DNA from: an uncultured Gemmatimonadales bacterium
Lineage (GTDB): Bacteria > Gemmatimonadota > Gemmatimonadetes > Gemmatimonadales > GWC2-71-9
NCBI GenBank assembly: GCA_963842945.1
Contig: CAWJIM010000016.1
Location: 96,001-160,000, forward strand
Length of the DNA stretch: 64,000 nucleotides
Direction of reading: 5' to 3'
Part shown: positions 10,388-21,725 of the stretch, one piece after another
Layout: each line of letters opens with the position of its first letter
Numbering within the stretch: position 1 is the stretch's first letter
Notes under the pieces: generated by a model
The model's database searches: none
Told to the model about the DNA's origin: nothing
What the model saw: only the letters and a program-made list of their open reading frames with translations
Made by a program: the position numbers and the translations under genes

Positions 10388-12577
10388 CTAGTTCTGCGCC
10401 GCAGCGCCCCCCGGGTGATACGACCGTTCCGTGTGGCCCTGGAACTGCCCGGGATAGAAGTAGACCTCGCGCAGGTTGCCGCCGGCGTACCGTTCCGCCT
10501 GGTCATTGAAATGCCGCGAGCGAGGATCGCCGCTCTCACCTCCCGGGCTTACCGCCCTGGCCCGGACGCTGTCCTTTCCGAATTCCACCACCGCAACGAA
10601 CGTGTTGCCGAAGGTTCCGTATCGGCGCTTGGTTCCGGGGTACGTCTTGGCGCCGTAGGCCGCCAGGGACCCCCACTGCGCCGACGTGAACGGCACAGGG
10701 GTGCTCGGCGCCGAGTCGCGGAACGTCTGCTCGACATCACCAGTGAGCCGTTGGAAACGATTGATCTCGCCCCAAGGAGTCTTCCAGCTTCCGAAATCAC
10801 GGGTAAGGCGATCCTGCGCTGCCTGAAGAGCAGCCAGAGCCTGCGGAGGGCGGACCCGTGCCGTCATGTACTCATAGGTAGTCATGCCCGCATCCGCCGC
10901 GTATGCCTGTACCGACTGGGCCAGCGCCTCACCCCAGTAGACCGCCAGCGCCGTCGTCACCGAAGCTGCGCTCCAGCGATAGTTCCACTTCCTGAGAGAG
11001 TCTATCGGCTCCGCCAGCCGCCGCTTGAGCGTGTCCCCGGCTGCCGGGATCGAGTCGTAAGCCGCAATCAGTGCCGGCACCAGCCGGGCAAATGCCGGGA
11101 GGTAGCTGTCGAATGCCGCATCCTGCAGCCGATCGAGGCTGAAGTCCTTCTTTCCATCCAGCACCATGATGGCGTGGAGGCCCCGAGGGCTCTCTCCGGC
11201 GTTGTCCATGTAGGCGGGGAACTTCTTCTGCTCCGGGCTGTAGCGGCCCGCGGCTGAATAGGGCCAGTTGTTCACATTCTGAATCCAGCCGTTGGGCGGG
11301 TCGATGACGTGCGGACTGTCCTCGACGCCGTGCACTCCCTTCCATTCAGTAGCCGGATTGCTTCCGTCCACCGGCAGATCCCAATTGAACCGAACGTCCC
11401 GCCGGGGCACAAACTGGGGATGGAAATATGCGATGTGCCCGTCTGCGTCGGCGTAGACCGTGTTGTTGGACGAGTTCGCGTGCAACTCCATAACCTTGCG
11501 GTACTCGGCGAGCGAGCGGGCCTTGGTGCGTAGATACGACTGGCTCAGCGCCTCGATCGGCTTCTGCATCAGCCGCACACTGATCCACGCATCCTCTGCC
11601 GCTCGAACAATCGGGCCGTGATGGCTTCGGTAGACCGTGAACGAGCGTGACTGCATGCCTCCTGGTGTGCGGTAGGGTACCGTGATCCGCTGGCTCACCA
11701 GCGGGAGCTCCTTCCCACCATACCGATAAAAGAGCCGATCCCCCCGGCGTATCACCGTCTCGGCGTACTCATCAATAGCGTCAGCGCCGGTGGATGTATG
11801 CATCCAGCCCAGCCGGTCGTTGAAGCCCTGATAGATGAAGAACTGGCCCCAGGTTGCCGCCCCATAGGCGTTGAGCCCCTCATCGCTGGTCATCTGCAGC
11901 TCGGAGCGAAAGAAGAACGTGGTGTGGGGGTTGATCAGCAGGAGGGCCCTGTGATTCACCGTGTTGGCGGGGGCGATCGCGAAGCCGTTCGACTCGGATT
12001 TCAGGGTGGCCCGGCGGGTCGAATCCAGCGGAGAAGGGCGGCTCGCGGTGTCGCCGTAGAACTTTCGCAAGTCATCGAGGTCTATGCTCTCGATGTCGCC
12101 GCCGATGCTCCCCTCGGTGAAGCTGAGCGCCATCCAGGGCTCGAACCGCTCGATCACCCTGGGTTTTACCGCCGGGTGAGTGTGCAGGTAGAAATTCAGC
12201 CCGTCGGCCCAGGCGTTCATCAGGCGCTGAAGCCATTCAGGACTTCGGGTGTAGGTCGCCCGCAGGCTGTCGGGATCGATGAACAGCTTCATCCGTAGGT
12301 CCTGCCAGACCGCACTCTCGCCGGCGGCTTCGCCCAGCCTTCCGAGTGCGTTCAGATAATTGATCTCGACCCGATTGAAGTCGTCCTCCGCCTGGGCGTA
12401 GATCATCCCGAACACGGCCTCGGCGTCGGTCTTCCCGCGGATATGGGCAATGCCCCACTCGTCCCGGGTGATGCTGACTGCCCTGGCCTCTGCTACCCAG
12501 CGCGCCAGCGAGGAATCGCCCTGGGCGGGCGCCTGGATCAGGGAAATTGCGGACAACACAACTGGAAAGATTTGCAT
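10388..12577 (-). CDS. penicillin acylase family (Ntn-hydrolase) amidase
   Basis: ITRDEWGIAHIRG, YAQAEDDF, beta-chain start SNGFAIAP..LLINPH, GGESGDP.SRHFNDQA. Confidence 0.92.
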   Translation of the reverse strand: MQIFPVVLSAISLIQAPAQGDSSLARWVAEARAVSITRDEWGIAHIRGKTDAEAVFGMIYAQAEDDFNRVEINYLNALGRLGEAAGESAVWQDLRMKLFIDPDSLRATYTRSPEWLQRLMNAWADGLNFYLHTHPAVKPRVIERFEPWMALSFTEGSIGGDIESIDLDDLRKFYGDTASRPSPLDSTRRATLKSESNGFAIAPANTVNHRALLLINPHTTFFFRSELQMTSDEGLNAYGAATWGQFFIYQGFNDRLGWMHTSTGADAIDEYAETVIRRGDRLFYRYGGKELPLVSQRITVPYRTPGGMQSRSFTVYRSHHGPIVRAAEDAWISVRLMQKPIEALSQSYLRTKARSLAEYRKVMELHANSSNNTVYADADGHIAYFHPQFVPRRDVRFNWDLPVDGSNPATEWKGVHGVEDSPHVIDPPNGWIQNVNNWPYSAAGRYSPEQKKFPAYMDNAGESPRGLHAIMVLDGKKDFSLDRLQDAAFDSYLPAFARLVPALIAAYDSIPAAGDTLKRRLAEPIDSLRKWNYRWSAASVTTALAVYWGEALAQSVQAYAADAGMTTYEYMTARVRPPQALAALQAAQDRLTRDFGSWKTPWGEINRFQRLTGDVEQTFRDSAPSTPVPFTSAQWGSLAAYGAKTYPGTKRRYGTFGNTFVAVVEFGKDSVRARAVSPGGESGDPRSRHFNDQAERYAGGNLREVYFYPGQFQGHTERSYHPGGAAAQN

Positions 12578-12737
12578 GGCTATGAAGTACTCACCGGAGC
12601 GAGAGAGAGCACGAAGACAGGGAGGTTATACGCGACTTTCGCGTTGCACCACTGGCCGGCGGAGAGCTCGCGTCCCATTATCAAGTGATCTCCTTGGGCA
12701 GGTCCGCTTGGTCCGCGGACACATTCTGGAGGCAGAT

Positions 12738-13097
12738 GTGCCAAGGCTCCCACGTGATGGTGCGCGACTTCGCAAGCTGGCGCTCTCCTATCCCGGCGCG
12801 CACGAGGACATGCCCTGGGGCCATCACGCCATCAAGGTCAAAGGAAAGTCCTTCGTCTTCCTGGCCGCGGATGAAGACACCTTCTCCCTTTCGGCGAAGC
12901 TGCCCTCCTCCGCCGGGGTTGCAGTGAAACTCCCCTTTGCCTCCCCCACGGAATACGGACTGGGCAAGAGCGGCTGGGTCACCGCCCGGTTTCCGCGCTC
13001 GGCCAAGGTTCCGGTAAAGCTGCTCCAGCTCTGGATCGACGAGAGCTATCGTGCGATTGCGCCCAGGAAGCTCGTGGCCCAGCTACCCGACGAGTGA
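12738..13097 (+). CDS. MmcQ/YjbR family protein
   Basis: LALSYPGAHEDMPWGHHAIKVKGKSFVFL..PTEYGLGKSGWV..WIDESYRAIAPRKL. Confidence 0.85.
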   Translation: MPRLPRDGARLRKLALSYPGAHEDMPWGHHAIKVKGKSFVFLAADEDTFSLSAKLPSSAGVAVKLPFASPTEYGLGKSGWVTARFPRSAKVPVKLLQLWIDESYRAIAPRKLVAQLPDE

Positions 13098-13500
13098 GGA
13101 CGACGCGGCTTCAAGCCCCATTCGCTGGGCTGATCCTGGCCCAGACCGCCCATTCGATCGAGGAGTATGCCGGCCGGCTTTGGGAATCGTTCCCGCCGGC
13201 CCGTTTCATGTCCGGCCTGATTTCATCCGACCTCGAGCGGTAACTTCCTGCTCCTGAACGGCGCCCTCATCGCCTTCGGAGTGTGGTGCCTTTTCTGGCC
13301 CGTTCGCCGGGGCTGGCCGGTGGCTCGGACCCTGGCCTGGATCTGGGTAACGATCGAGGTGGTCAACGGTGTGGGCCACACGTTGTGGAGCCTCCTCCGG
13401 GGCGGGTACACGCCTGGGGTTGCGACGGCCCCCGTGCTGCTGCTGCTGGCCGGGTACCTTGGATACCGGTTGGGGCAGGAGGACGCGGTATTCGGCATGA
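13094..13500 (+). CDS. HXXEE domain membrane protein (frameshift ~13240; 3' end uncertain)
   Basis: GLILAQTAHSIEEYAGRLWESFPPARF, then LNGALIAFGVWCLFW..EVVNGVGH..GYTPGVATAP. Confidence 0.7.
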
Positions 13501-13596
13501 ACCTCCCGGCATGGTTCTGGCGAATGTCGACAATTTCGGGTATAAGCAGCACAGCGAGCGCGCACGAAGAACTTCAACCCGCCCGGCAGGACGACC

Positions 13597-14103
13597 ATGC
13601 CAGATCCGGAATACGAACGCCCGGCGGTTTCCGTCTGGCATATCCTGCTCGGGCCGCTCCCGCCCGATGCCACGCCAGTCCGGAAACCGGTTGTGCCACC
13701 CGGTATGATTCCCGAGCCCGAAGCCTCGGCCGTGGCCGGCTGGGAACAGCTCATCCTGCATCTCTCGGCGGGCGACGCGGGCTCCCGCACGATACAGGTG
13801 GTGCTCGACGGCAACGGTGCCCTGCTCAGCGCGGGTGACGGCGTGCTGTACCGCAGCGGTCTCCAGAATCCCGCTCCGCCACCCATCGAGGAACCAGCCC
13901 TGATTCAGCAGGAGAATCTGGGGGGTCGCTTCGAGCCGGACGGCAGCTTTCATGGAACCCGGTGGCGCTCAGTAGCCATCGACAGGGGAGAGGAGGAGCT
14001 GGATTGGGAGATGGCCCGGAGCGAGCCCAGTGCCGAGGATGTCGCCGGTCTACGAGCCGTCGTGGATGAAGTAATCCGGCGTCAGTCGCCCAAATCTCAG
14101 TGA
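13597..14103 (+). CDS. hypothetical protein
   Basis: 168-aa ORF with SD-like AGGA, co-oriented with neighbours. Confidence 0.6.
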   Translation: MPDPEYERPAVSVWHILLGPLPPDATPVRKPVVPPGMIPEPEASAVAGWEQLILHLSAGDAGSRTIQVVLDGNGALLSAGDGVLYRSGLQNPAPPPIEEPALIQQENLGGRFEPDGSFHGTRWRSVAIDRGEEELDWEMARSEPSAEDVAGLRAVVDEVIRRQSPKSQ

Positions 14104-14112
14104 GGTGAACCC

Positions 14113-14415
14113 ATGCTCGGTGGCCGTCCCTGGAGCGAGTGGATCACCCGATACTCCCATAGTCATCAGCACCCGATCAATCGGTTCTGTCACACGCTCG
14201 GCATACCCCTGATCGCGCTCTCGATTCCGTTGGCGGTAGTCGGCATCTTCGTGTCCGGGCTCTGGCCCGTTGCACTCGCGATGTTCGTGGCGGGCTGGAT
14301 CTTCCAGTTTGTCGGACATGCCTTCGAGGGCAAGCCGCCGGAGTTCTTCCACGACTGGCGCTTCCTCTTTGTGGGCCTGCGCTGGTGGATTGCGAAGATG
14401 CGGGGGCGGGCCTGA
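14113..14415 (+). CDS. DUF962/Mpo1-like membrane protein
   Basis: YSHSHQHPINRFCHTLGIP..GWIFQFVGHAFEGKPPEFF. Confidence 0.88.
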   Translation: MLGGRPWSEWITRYSHSHQHPINRFCHTLGIPLIALSIPLAVVGIFVSGLWPVALAMFVAGWIFQFVGHAFEGKPPEFFHDWRFLFVGLRWWIAKMRGRA

Positions 14416-14429
14416 ATTCTGGCTTTACC

Positions 14430-15125
14430 ATGATTCCAGTCGCCCTGGCCTGGAGTGGGGGAAAGGATTCGAGCCTCGCGCTCGCGGCACTGCAGACCGA
14501 TCCAGCCTTCCAGCCTGTCGCCCTGCTCACGACCGTTACCGGCGGCTACGACCGGATCAGCATGCACGGCGTCAGGCGCAGCCTTCTCGATGCCCAAGTC
14601 AGAGAGCTCGGCCTTCCTTTGGTCGAGGCCACGATCCCGCCCGCAGCCAGCAACGCGATCTACGAGGAGGCCTTTGCGGCCGCGCTGGACGTTGTCCACT
14701 TGCAGCGTCCCGACCTCTGCCACCTCGCCTTCGGCGACCTCTTTCTCACCGACGTTCGCGCTTATCGCGAGCGACTGCTGAGCCGGCTGGGCTGGACCCC
14801 GGTGTTTCCGCTGTGGGGGCGGGATACGACACGGCTCGCGCGGCAGTTCATCCGTCAGGGCTTCCGCGCCGTCCTCACCTGCGTGGATACGACGCAGCTC
14901 GGCGCGGAGTTCGTCGGACGGGAGTTCGATGAGGAGCTGCTAGCCGACTTTCCCGAGCCGGTGGATCCCTGCGGGGAAAGGGGCGAGTTCCACACCTTCG
15001 TGTATGATGGGCCCATTTTCCAGCACCCCATTCACCTCGAGCGGGGCGAACGGGTGCGTCGTGACGACCGATTCGAGTATTGCGATCTGGTCCTCCCCGT
15101 CGTTCGGCCGGTTGCCGGAGGTTAG
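14430..15125 (+). CDS. PP-loop ATPase, diphthamide synthase (Dph6/DUF71)-like
   Basis: AWSGGKDS, RISMHGVR, AFGDLFL, PLWG, VDPCGERGEFHTFVYDGPIF. Confidence 0.88.
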   Translation: MIPVALAWSGGKDSSLALAALQTDPAFQPVALLTTVTGGYDRISMHGVRRSLLDAQVRELGLPLVEATIPPAASNAIYEEAFAAALDVVHLQRPDLCHLAFGDLFLTDVRAYRERLLSRLGWTPVFPLWGRDTTRLARQFIRQGFRAVLTCVDTTQLGAEFVGREFDEELLADFPEPVDPCGERGEFHTFVYDGPIFQHPIHLERGERVRRDDRFEYCDLVLPVVRPVAGG

Positions 15126-15129
15126 CAAC

Positions 15130-15534
15130 ATGAGAACACAGCGATTCCTGATCGCCCTCTCTTTCCTGAACCTGCTCCTTCTCTCGTTCCTCCTGCTTTC
15201 GAGGACCAGGTCCGCATTGGCGAGCTCAGAATCCCCTGTGCTGCGGGGACGCGCGCTGGAGATCATCGATGATCAGGGACGAGTCCGAGCCAGCATCAAG
15301 CTGCACGAGGCCGGGACCTTCAAGCAGACCGGCAAGAAGATGCCGGAGACTGTGATGCTGCGGTTGATCGATCCTGCGGGTCGACCCGAGGTCAAGATCG
15401 GAGCCTCGGTCGAAGGTGGTGGACTGTCTCTGGTGGGAGAGTCAGACGCAACCCAGCTGCTTCTTCTGGCGGACAGCGGAAGCTCACTGCGATTGAAGAA
15501 TCAAACCGGCCAAGAGCGGGTGATCCAACCCTGA
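15130..15534 (+). CDS. exported hypothetical protein
   Basis: N-terminal hydrophobic helix, VLRGRALEIIDDQGRVRASI, LRLIDPAGRPEVKI. Confidence 0.7.
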   Translation: MRTQRFLIALSFLNLLLLSFLLLSRTRSALASSESPVLRGRALEIIDDQGRVRASIKLHEAGTFKQTGKKMPETVMLRLIDPAGRPEVKIGASVEGGGLSLVGESDATQLLLLADSGSSLRLKNQTGQERVIQP

Positions 15535-15692
15535 CCAAACTGCTGGGCTTCGTCGGCGCCACCGCCGGTGGCTATGTGGGCTGGTGGGTCGGAGCGCCGG
15601 TTGGGACCATGACGGCGTTCATGCTTAGCATGCTCGGCACCGGTGCCGGACTCTACTACGGACGAAAGCTGGGTGACTACTACTCTCCCTGA
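15531..15692 (+). CDS. small Gly-rich two-helix membrane protein (53 aa, CTG start)
   Basis: LTKLLGFVGATAGGYVGWWVGAPVGTMTAFMLSMLGTGAGLYYGRKLGDYYSP*. Start overlaps the upstream stop (CTGA). Below the ORF-track size cutoff. Confidence 0.65.
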   Translation: MTKLLGFVGATAGGYVGWWVGAPVGTMTAFMLSMLGTGAGLYYGRKLGDYYSP

Positions 15693-15699
15693 TACTGAG

Positions 15700-16143
15700 A
15701 GTCGCCCTCAGCTTCGAGGGAGGCACGTCCTGGTCGCGCGCCGCAGTTCTCCTGCTGGCCGGCTGCGGCCCGAATCCCTCACCGGCTCCCTCCCCCACCC
15801 TGAGCTGTGCCGTCGGCGACACAGCACTGGTCCGGGAGACGCTCTACTTCGGCCGCAACCGGCCGGGCGGCACGGTGTCGGACAGCGAATGGAACAGCTT
15901 CCTTGCCGATGTGGTGACGCCGCGCTTTCCCCAGGGACTGACGGTCACGGAGGGCGTGGGCCAGTGGAGAGGTGCGGACACCGGCGCGGTAGAGCAGGAG
16001 CGATCTGAAGTGGTCACCCTGTTCCATCCGGACAATGAAGCGGCCCGCCAATCGGTGCAGGAGATCGCCCGGAATACAAGCGACGGTTCCAACAGGAGGC
16101 GGTTCTCCGGGAGCGCACTCCGAGCTGTGTCCGGCTGGAGTAA
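15700..16143 (+). CDS. DUF3574 family lipoprotein (frameshift ~16070; start uncertain)
   Basis: Lipobox LLLAGC, TLYFGRNRPGGTVSDSEWNSFLADVVTPRFPQGLTV..GQWR, YKRRFQQEAVLR. Confidence 0.8.
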
Positions 16144-16208
16144 GAGGCGGAAACCCCTCCCACCCTCTGGCCTCCGGCTCTCCGCCCCTCCGTCCGATAC
16201 TCAGAGGC

Positions 16209-16849
16209 ATGATCTCGAGCATCGATCAGGCCGACTGGCACTACGCCGGCGACTTCCCCCGCGAGCTCCCTCCCGAGGCCGGGGGTACCCACATCGGGAT
16301 GTACCTCGCCTGGATCATCCAGCGGGATCTGGGGAGCGCCACGCTCCGGAAGTACGCCCGCGATTCCCTGCCCCTCCTGCGCCAGCGGAAGCTTACCGGC
16401 CGCGAGCTGTTGTTCACCGAGCTGGACGAGAAGTTCTACCAGACCCTGCTGACCAAGGTGGGCCGGGAATTTACCCGGGACTACTACGAGACCGGCTGCT
16501 ATATCGACGATTACGATGAGGTCCTGGGCGGCTCCTTGGCAACCATCTATCACGTGATGGACTCCTGGAGCAACTACGATCGGCTTGCGCCCGATCATCG
16601 ACAACCGCTATTGCCCAGTGGAAGGAAGGAAACGCCCCCCTTCCCGGTACGCTGCAAACCCAGCTGAAGTTGCTGGAGGAGGAATATCTGGACACCATCC
16701 TGGCGGTCGCCGGTAAGCTCCCGGCTGACCCCCACGCGGCCCTGGCGATCTTCCAGGAGTATCTGGCTCGGGAGCCATTACCAGCCTTTCGAACCCGGGT
16801 AGTCCGTGAGATCGAACGACTCCGCCTCAAGTACCAGCTCGACGACTGA
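16209..16849 (+). CDS. conserved hypothetical protein (frameshift ~16595)
   Basis: DQADWHYAGDFPRELPPEAGGTHIGMYLAWII..TGRELL..LDEK..FTRDYY..YIDDY..DSWSNYDRLAP, continuing IIDNRYCQWK..LKYQLDD*. Confidence 0.7.
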
Positions 16850-16920
16850 AGCCCGCCGAGAGCCGAACTTTTTCTCCGGACATTCCGTAGATTTTCCCAT
16901 ACCTCATCCGGAGGTTCGGC

Positions 16921-17392
16921 ATGGTACGTCCGTTCATCCTGGTATCGATATTCCTGCTCTGTCTCTCAGTGCCAGCAACAGCGCAAACGTCTCCCTCCGC
17001 CGAAAAGGCCTCGGTTAAACGCGCCATCGATGCCGGGAAACGCCGCCTACATCGCGGCCTTCAAGCAGGCAGACGCAAAGGCGCTGTCTCAGGTTTATGA
17101 CCCGCAGGGCTCCCGTCTCAACGAAGGTGGGATCGTGGTCCGCGGCCGAAGCGCCATTGCCGACGATGTCGGGAAGTTCGTCAGCCAGGTGGGGCCGGTG
17201 AAGGTGCAGCTCGACAGCAAAGAGGTCTGGCTCATCGACGACAAGGCGTACGAGACCGGGATCTGGTCCTACACCTTCCAGCCCAAAGGCAAAGCCGAGC
17301 AGCACATCGGCGGACACTACGTGACGGTGTGGAAGAGGCAGCCCGACAGCGGGTGGAAGATCTGGGCGGACATGGGTGTACCGGGGACATAG
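16921..17392 (+). CDS. secreted NTF2/SnoaL-like (DUF4440/YybH) protein (frameshift ~17030)
   Basis: Signal peptide MVRPFILVSIFLLCLSVPATAQ, VRGRSAI, AYETGIWSYT, GHYVTVWKRQPDSGWKIWAD. Confidence 0.85.
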
Positions 17393-17399
17393 TGGAGAG

Positions 17400-17480
17400 T
17401 CGGAGGGGCGGAGGCTCGGAGGTCGAGAGTCGGACCGCCTGGCCGTCCGACCGCCCGATCGTCTGACCGACTCCGACCCA
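17400..17480. repeat. degenerate ~8-bp tandem repeats in inverted arrangement (TCGGAGG-type / CCGTCCGA-type)
   Basis: tcggaggggcggaggctcggaggtcgagagtcgga..ccgtccgaccgcccgatcgtctgaccgactccga. Confidence 0.65.
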
Positions 17481-17504
17481 TTTGACCCGTATCTTCCCCT
17501 CTCA

Positions 17505-20183
17505 ATGGACCAAATCTTCGAGGAGCTCAAGTCGGCCCTCGCCGAGCGCTACCTGCTGGAGCGCGAGCTCGGCGCGGGCGGGATGGCCACTGTGTTCCTG
17601 GCTCACGACCCGCGCCACAACCGGAAGGTCGCGATCAAGGTCATGCATCCAGACCTCGCGCTGCTGTTCGGTCCCCATCGCTTCCTGAAGGAGATCGAGA
17701 CCACCGCCAACCTGCAGCACCGCATATTCTGCCGCTGTTCGACTCGGGCCAGGTCGCCAATACCGTCTTCTACGTGATGCCCTACCTCCAGGGCGAATCG
17801 CTCCGGGCCCGCGTCACTCGGGAGAAACAGCTCCCGGTGGCCGACGCACTCCGCATCGCGAGCGAGATCGCATCCGGGCTGGACTACGCTCACCGCCACG
17901 GCGTGGTCCACCGCGACATCAAGCCCGACAACGTGCTGTTCCATGACGGCCGGGCGCATGATCGCCGACTTCGGCATCGCGCTGATCCGAAGCGGCGGCG
18001 ATACCGGCATTCGCCTTACCAAGGCCGGGGTGAGTCTGGGCACGCCGCAGTACATGAGCCCCGAGCAGGCGTCCGGCGTCGCACGATCTCGACCCGCGGA
18101 CCGACATCTACTCGCTCGGCGCGGTGCTCTACGAAATGCTGAGCGGCCAGCCGCCGTTCGTGGGTCCGTCGGTGCAGACGATCGTGGCCTCGATCCTGGC
18201 GGATGAGCCGGTGCCGCTGGAGCAGAAGCGGAGATCGGTCCCGCACCACGTCGAGCGCCGCCGTCGAGCGCGCGCTGGAGAAGCTCCCCGCCGACCGGTG
18301 GCAGACCGCCGCTGAGTTTGCAGACGCGCTTGACAGGCAGACCCGGCCGTCACGGAGACGGCTGGCTCCGCTCGGTCGGCCGGACGTCGCACCTGGATTC
18401 TCTGGGCCGGCGCAGCTGCGGCGGCCGCGCTGGCTCTCGGACTCGGTGCGCTTCGGGTGCGCCCATGGCGGGGCCCGGCCTCACCGCCGTCCGCCGGGCC
18501 GGTACGCTTCGAAGTGGAGTTCGATTCCGGGGTCACGCCGACGGTCACCCCGGTGATTCGACTCAGCCCCGATGGCCGGCAGCTCTTCGTCACCGGCATG
18601 GTGGGCCGCCAGGAAGAGGTGCTCCGCCGAAGACTCGATCAATCGCAGATGCAGGTCGTCGCCGGCGCGGGACAGGGAGACCAGGGGACCGGCAACAGCC
18701 GCCCGTTCGTCTCCCCGGACGGTCGTTGGATCGCCTCCTTCAAGCAGGGAAAGCTGAGGAAGATTCCGGTAGAGGGAGGGCCCGCCATCGACCTGGCTGC
18801 GTCCGACTGGGCCGGCGGGAGCTGGGGCCGGAACGGGAAGCTGGTGTACGGCCGCTCCTATAACACCGGGCTCTGGATGGTGAGCGAAGCCGGCGGCGAC
18901 GAGCGGATGATCAGCCGGCCGGATACGTCCAAGGGAGAGCTGGGCCACTGGTGGCCCCAGATCCTGCCCGACGGCGATCACGTGATCTTTACCGCCTACC
19001 GCACCCCGATCGACCGGTCCACCATCGAGGTGCTCTCGATCAGGACGGGACAGCGCAAGGTGCTGTTCACCGGCGGCGTGTTCGGGCTTCTACGTGCCGG
19101 CGGGTTATCTGATCTATGCGGCGGGTGAAGCGATCCGGGCGGTGCCGTTCGACCTCAAGCGGCTGGCTGTTACCGGGACTGCGCTTGCGGTGGTCGACAG
19201 CGTCGCGATGAACCCCACCGATGGCGCCGTCGCCTTCGACGTCTCGGAGAACGGCACCCTCGCCTACATGCCGCTGAGCTCATACGTCACCGAGAGCGAT
19301 GTCGTCTTCGTGGACCGGCGCGGCAAGGAGACCAGGGCGATTCCGGCGAGCGACCGCTACGATCATCCGCGGCTCTCGCCCGACGGCCGACGCATTGCGG
19401 TGGACATTCGCTCGGCCAATTCCGCAGGAGACGTCTGGGTGTTTCAGGTGGGGCGCGCGGGCGGGACCAGGGTCACCGCGGAGGGCGGGCGCGACTTCGG
19501 CAGCGAATGGACGGCCGATGGGCGCGACCTGATCTACAGCAGCGAGCACCCCTTCTACGATCTGTACCGCCGCGCGGCTGACGCAAGCCGGCCGCCTCAG
19601 CCGGTGGTGACCGGCGGCTTCGACCGCTACACCGGCAGCGTCTCCGCCGATGGCAAGCTGCTCGCCTTCATGCTCAGCGCTCCCACCAGCGGCTCGGAGC
19701 TCTGGACCGTACCGCTGGACGATCCCCACCGCGCTGCCCGGTATCTGGCGAACGGCTTCGATCTGGCGCACCCGTCGATTTCGCCCGACGGCCAATGGAT
19801 GGCGTACGACTCCAACGAGGGAGGGCGGGTCGAGGTGTACGTCCAGTCGTTTCCCGACCCAAAGCGGCAGCGCTACAAGATTTCCCCCAGCTACGGCTCG
19901 GAGCCGCTGCTGGACTCGTGGAGGCCGCGAGCTGGTGTATCGCAAGGGCGACAGCGTCATGGCGGTAAGCCTGGATCTCGCGAGCGGCCAGATCGGCCAG
20001 CCGGTCGCCCTGTTCGGGGGCCCCTACCCCGACAATCCCGGCTGGACCCGGCCCCGGAGCTATGACGTCACCACCGATGGCGAGCGGTTTCTCATGACCA
20101 AGCTTCCGGCCAACCGCCTTCGACCGCGTATTGCGGTGGTGCTCAATTGGTTCGACGAGCTGAGGGCGCGAGTCGGCCGATAA
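17505..20183 (+). CDS. Hanks-type Ser/Thr protein kinase with C-terminal TolB-like (PD40) beta-propellers (several frameshifts)
   Basis: ELGAGGMATVFLA, VAIKV, HRDIKPDNVL, ADFGIA, GTPQYMSPEQ; repeated SPDG units; ends VVLNWFDEL. Confidence 0.9.
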
Positions 20184-20515
20184 GTTACCGCCCAACCGCC
20201 ACCTTCCCTCGAACGCTCTCCTGAGCGCGGCGACATCCAACTCTTCATCGATCGCTTCCGTCGCATTGCTCCGCTTTTCCTTGTCCCCATCGCTCACATC
20301 TGGATCATCGGCACCGGTGAATGATCTTAATGCTATGCGATAAATTACTTCACGTTTAGGTCGTAATGCCTAGCTAATGTTATGTGCTTTCGAATAAACG
20401 CTATAGTGATTTAAGGTCGCTGGCATCCAAACATCTGCACTTGAGTTTCGCTTGACCTGGGTGTCTTACCCTGAGCCACATGAAAGCACACCGTATCCCG
20501 CTTTAGAGGTTCCCA

Positions 20516-21615
20516 ATGGCCACCCGACGTCTTCGTGCCCTGCCGCTTTGGATAGCATCGTTCGCCTTGATGAACTGGGGTTGCTCCTCGGACGACCGTC
20601 GCCCGTTGGCCCGAATGCCCGCCGAGCTGAGCGCACCGCAACCGCCACTATACACATTCGACACCTTGGACTCTTCCGGGAGAGGCCTTCGGCATCAACA
20701 ACGCCGGCGTAGTGGTCGGCGCAGCACCCTGAGTGCCTACCGCATCCGAAGCCAGCTTCATGTGGAAGGCCGGAGTCTTCAAGGACCTGGGGACCATAGT
20801 GGGCGGCAATGAAAGTGCCGGGCGAACGACATCAATAACGATGGCGTCATCGTCGGCTGGAGCCGCAACAGCGCGGGCGACATGCGCGCCCTGCGCTGGG
20901 CGCGCCGACGGAAAGAAGCGAAGTCTGGGAACACTGGGCGGGCGCAACAGCGAGGCCCGGGCAATCAACGACTTCGGCGTCATCGTCGGCTGGAGCGAGA
21001 CCCTCGAGCGGGCGGCGGCACGCCTTCCGCTGGGAGAACGGCGTCATGACCGATCTCGGCACCATGGGGGGAGCCAGCTCGGAGGCGTATGACATCAATC
21101 GGGGCGGCGCCATCGTGGGTCGAGCCGGATGGCCTCGGGTGAGCTCCACGCCTTCAAGTGGAAGAGCCGGCGTCGTTCAAGGACCTCGGCACCAAGTCCG
21201 GGGGGGCGCAGGATGCGGTTCAGCTGTCGCCACTGCAGTCAACACCAAGGGTCAGATCGCCGGGATCCTGGGTCCATCGCTCGATGCCCAGGGCGAGGAG
21301 GTGGATCTCCCGGGGGGTTCCTGTTCTACCAGGACGTGATGACTACCTGCTGCCGGTTCCGCCGTCCCACCACGGAGGTGAAGGACATCAACCCCAACGG
21401 GATCATCGTCGGCTGGGAGGAGGATGTGCGGGGGGCGGAGGACCGACGATAACGAGGACGCCTGGGTCTATGAGGCAGGGACGACCAGCTCGCCTTCCCG
21501 AGCTTTCGGAGGGACACAGTGGGGCCGAGGGCATCAATCTCGGCGGCGACATCGTGGGCTACAGCCAGCCTTCGCTCGTCGGACCATTCACGCGGTGCTC
21601 TGGCGGCGGCAGTAA
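20516..21615 (+). CDS. HAF-repeat extracellular (lipo)protein, heavily frameshifted
   Basis: Repeats such as DLGT(L/M)GG..SEA(R/Y)(A/D)IN..G.IVG(W)S and [15 protein letters not shown], spread over several frames. N-terminal signal with Cys. Confidence 0.75.
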
Positions 21616-21725
21616 CCTGCACAGGGAAAACGGGGGCAGTACGCCCGGGGCTATCTTCTCCCCTCGCCGGGTGAATGGAACGGCCACGAGCTCCGTGATG
21701 GAATCTCGCGTCCGTACGCATTGCC

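Noticed and set aside
14430..15125. Diphthamide pathway in a bacterium
   Set aside because: Dph6-like PP-loop ATPases are widespread in bacteria, and no other dph genes are present here.
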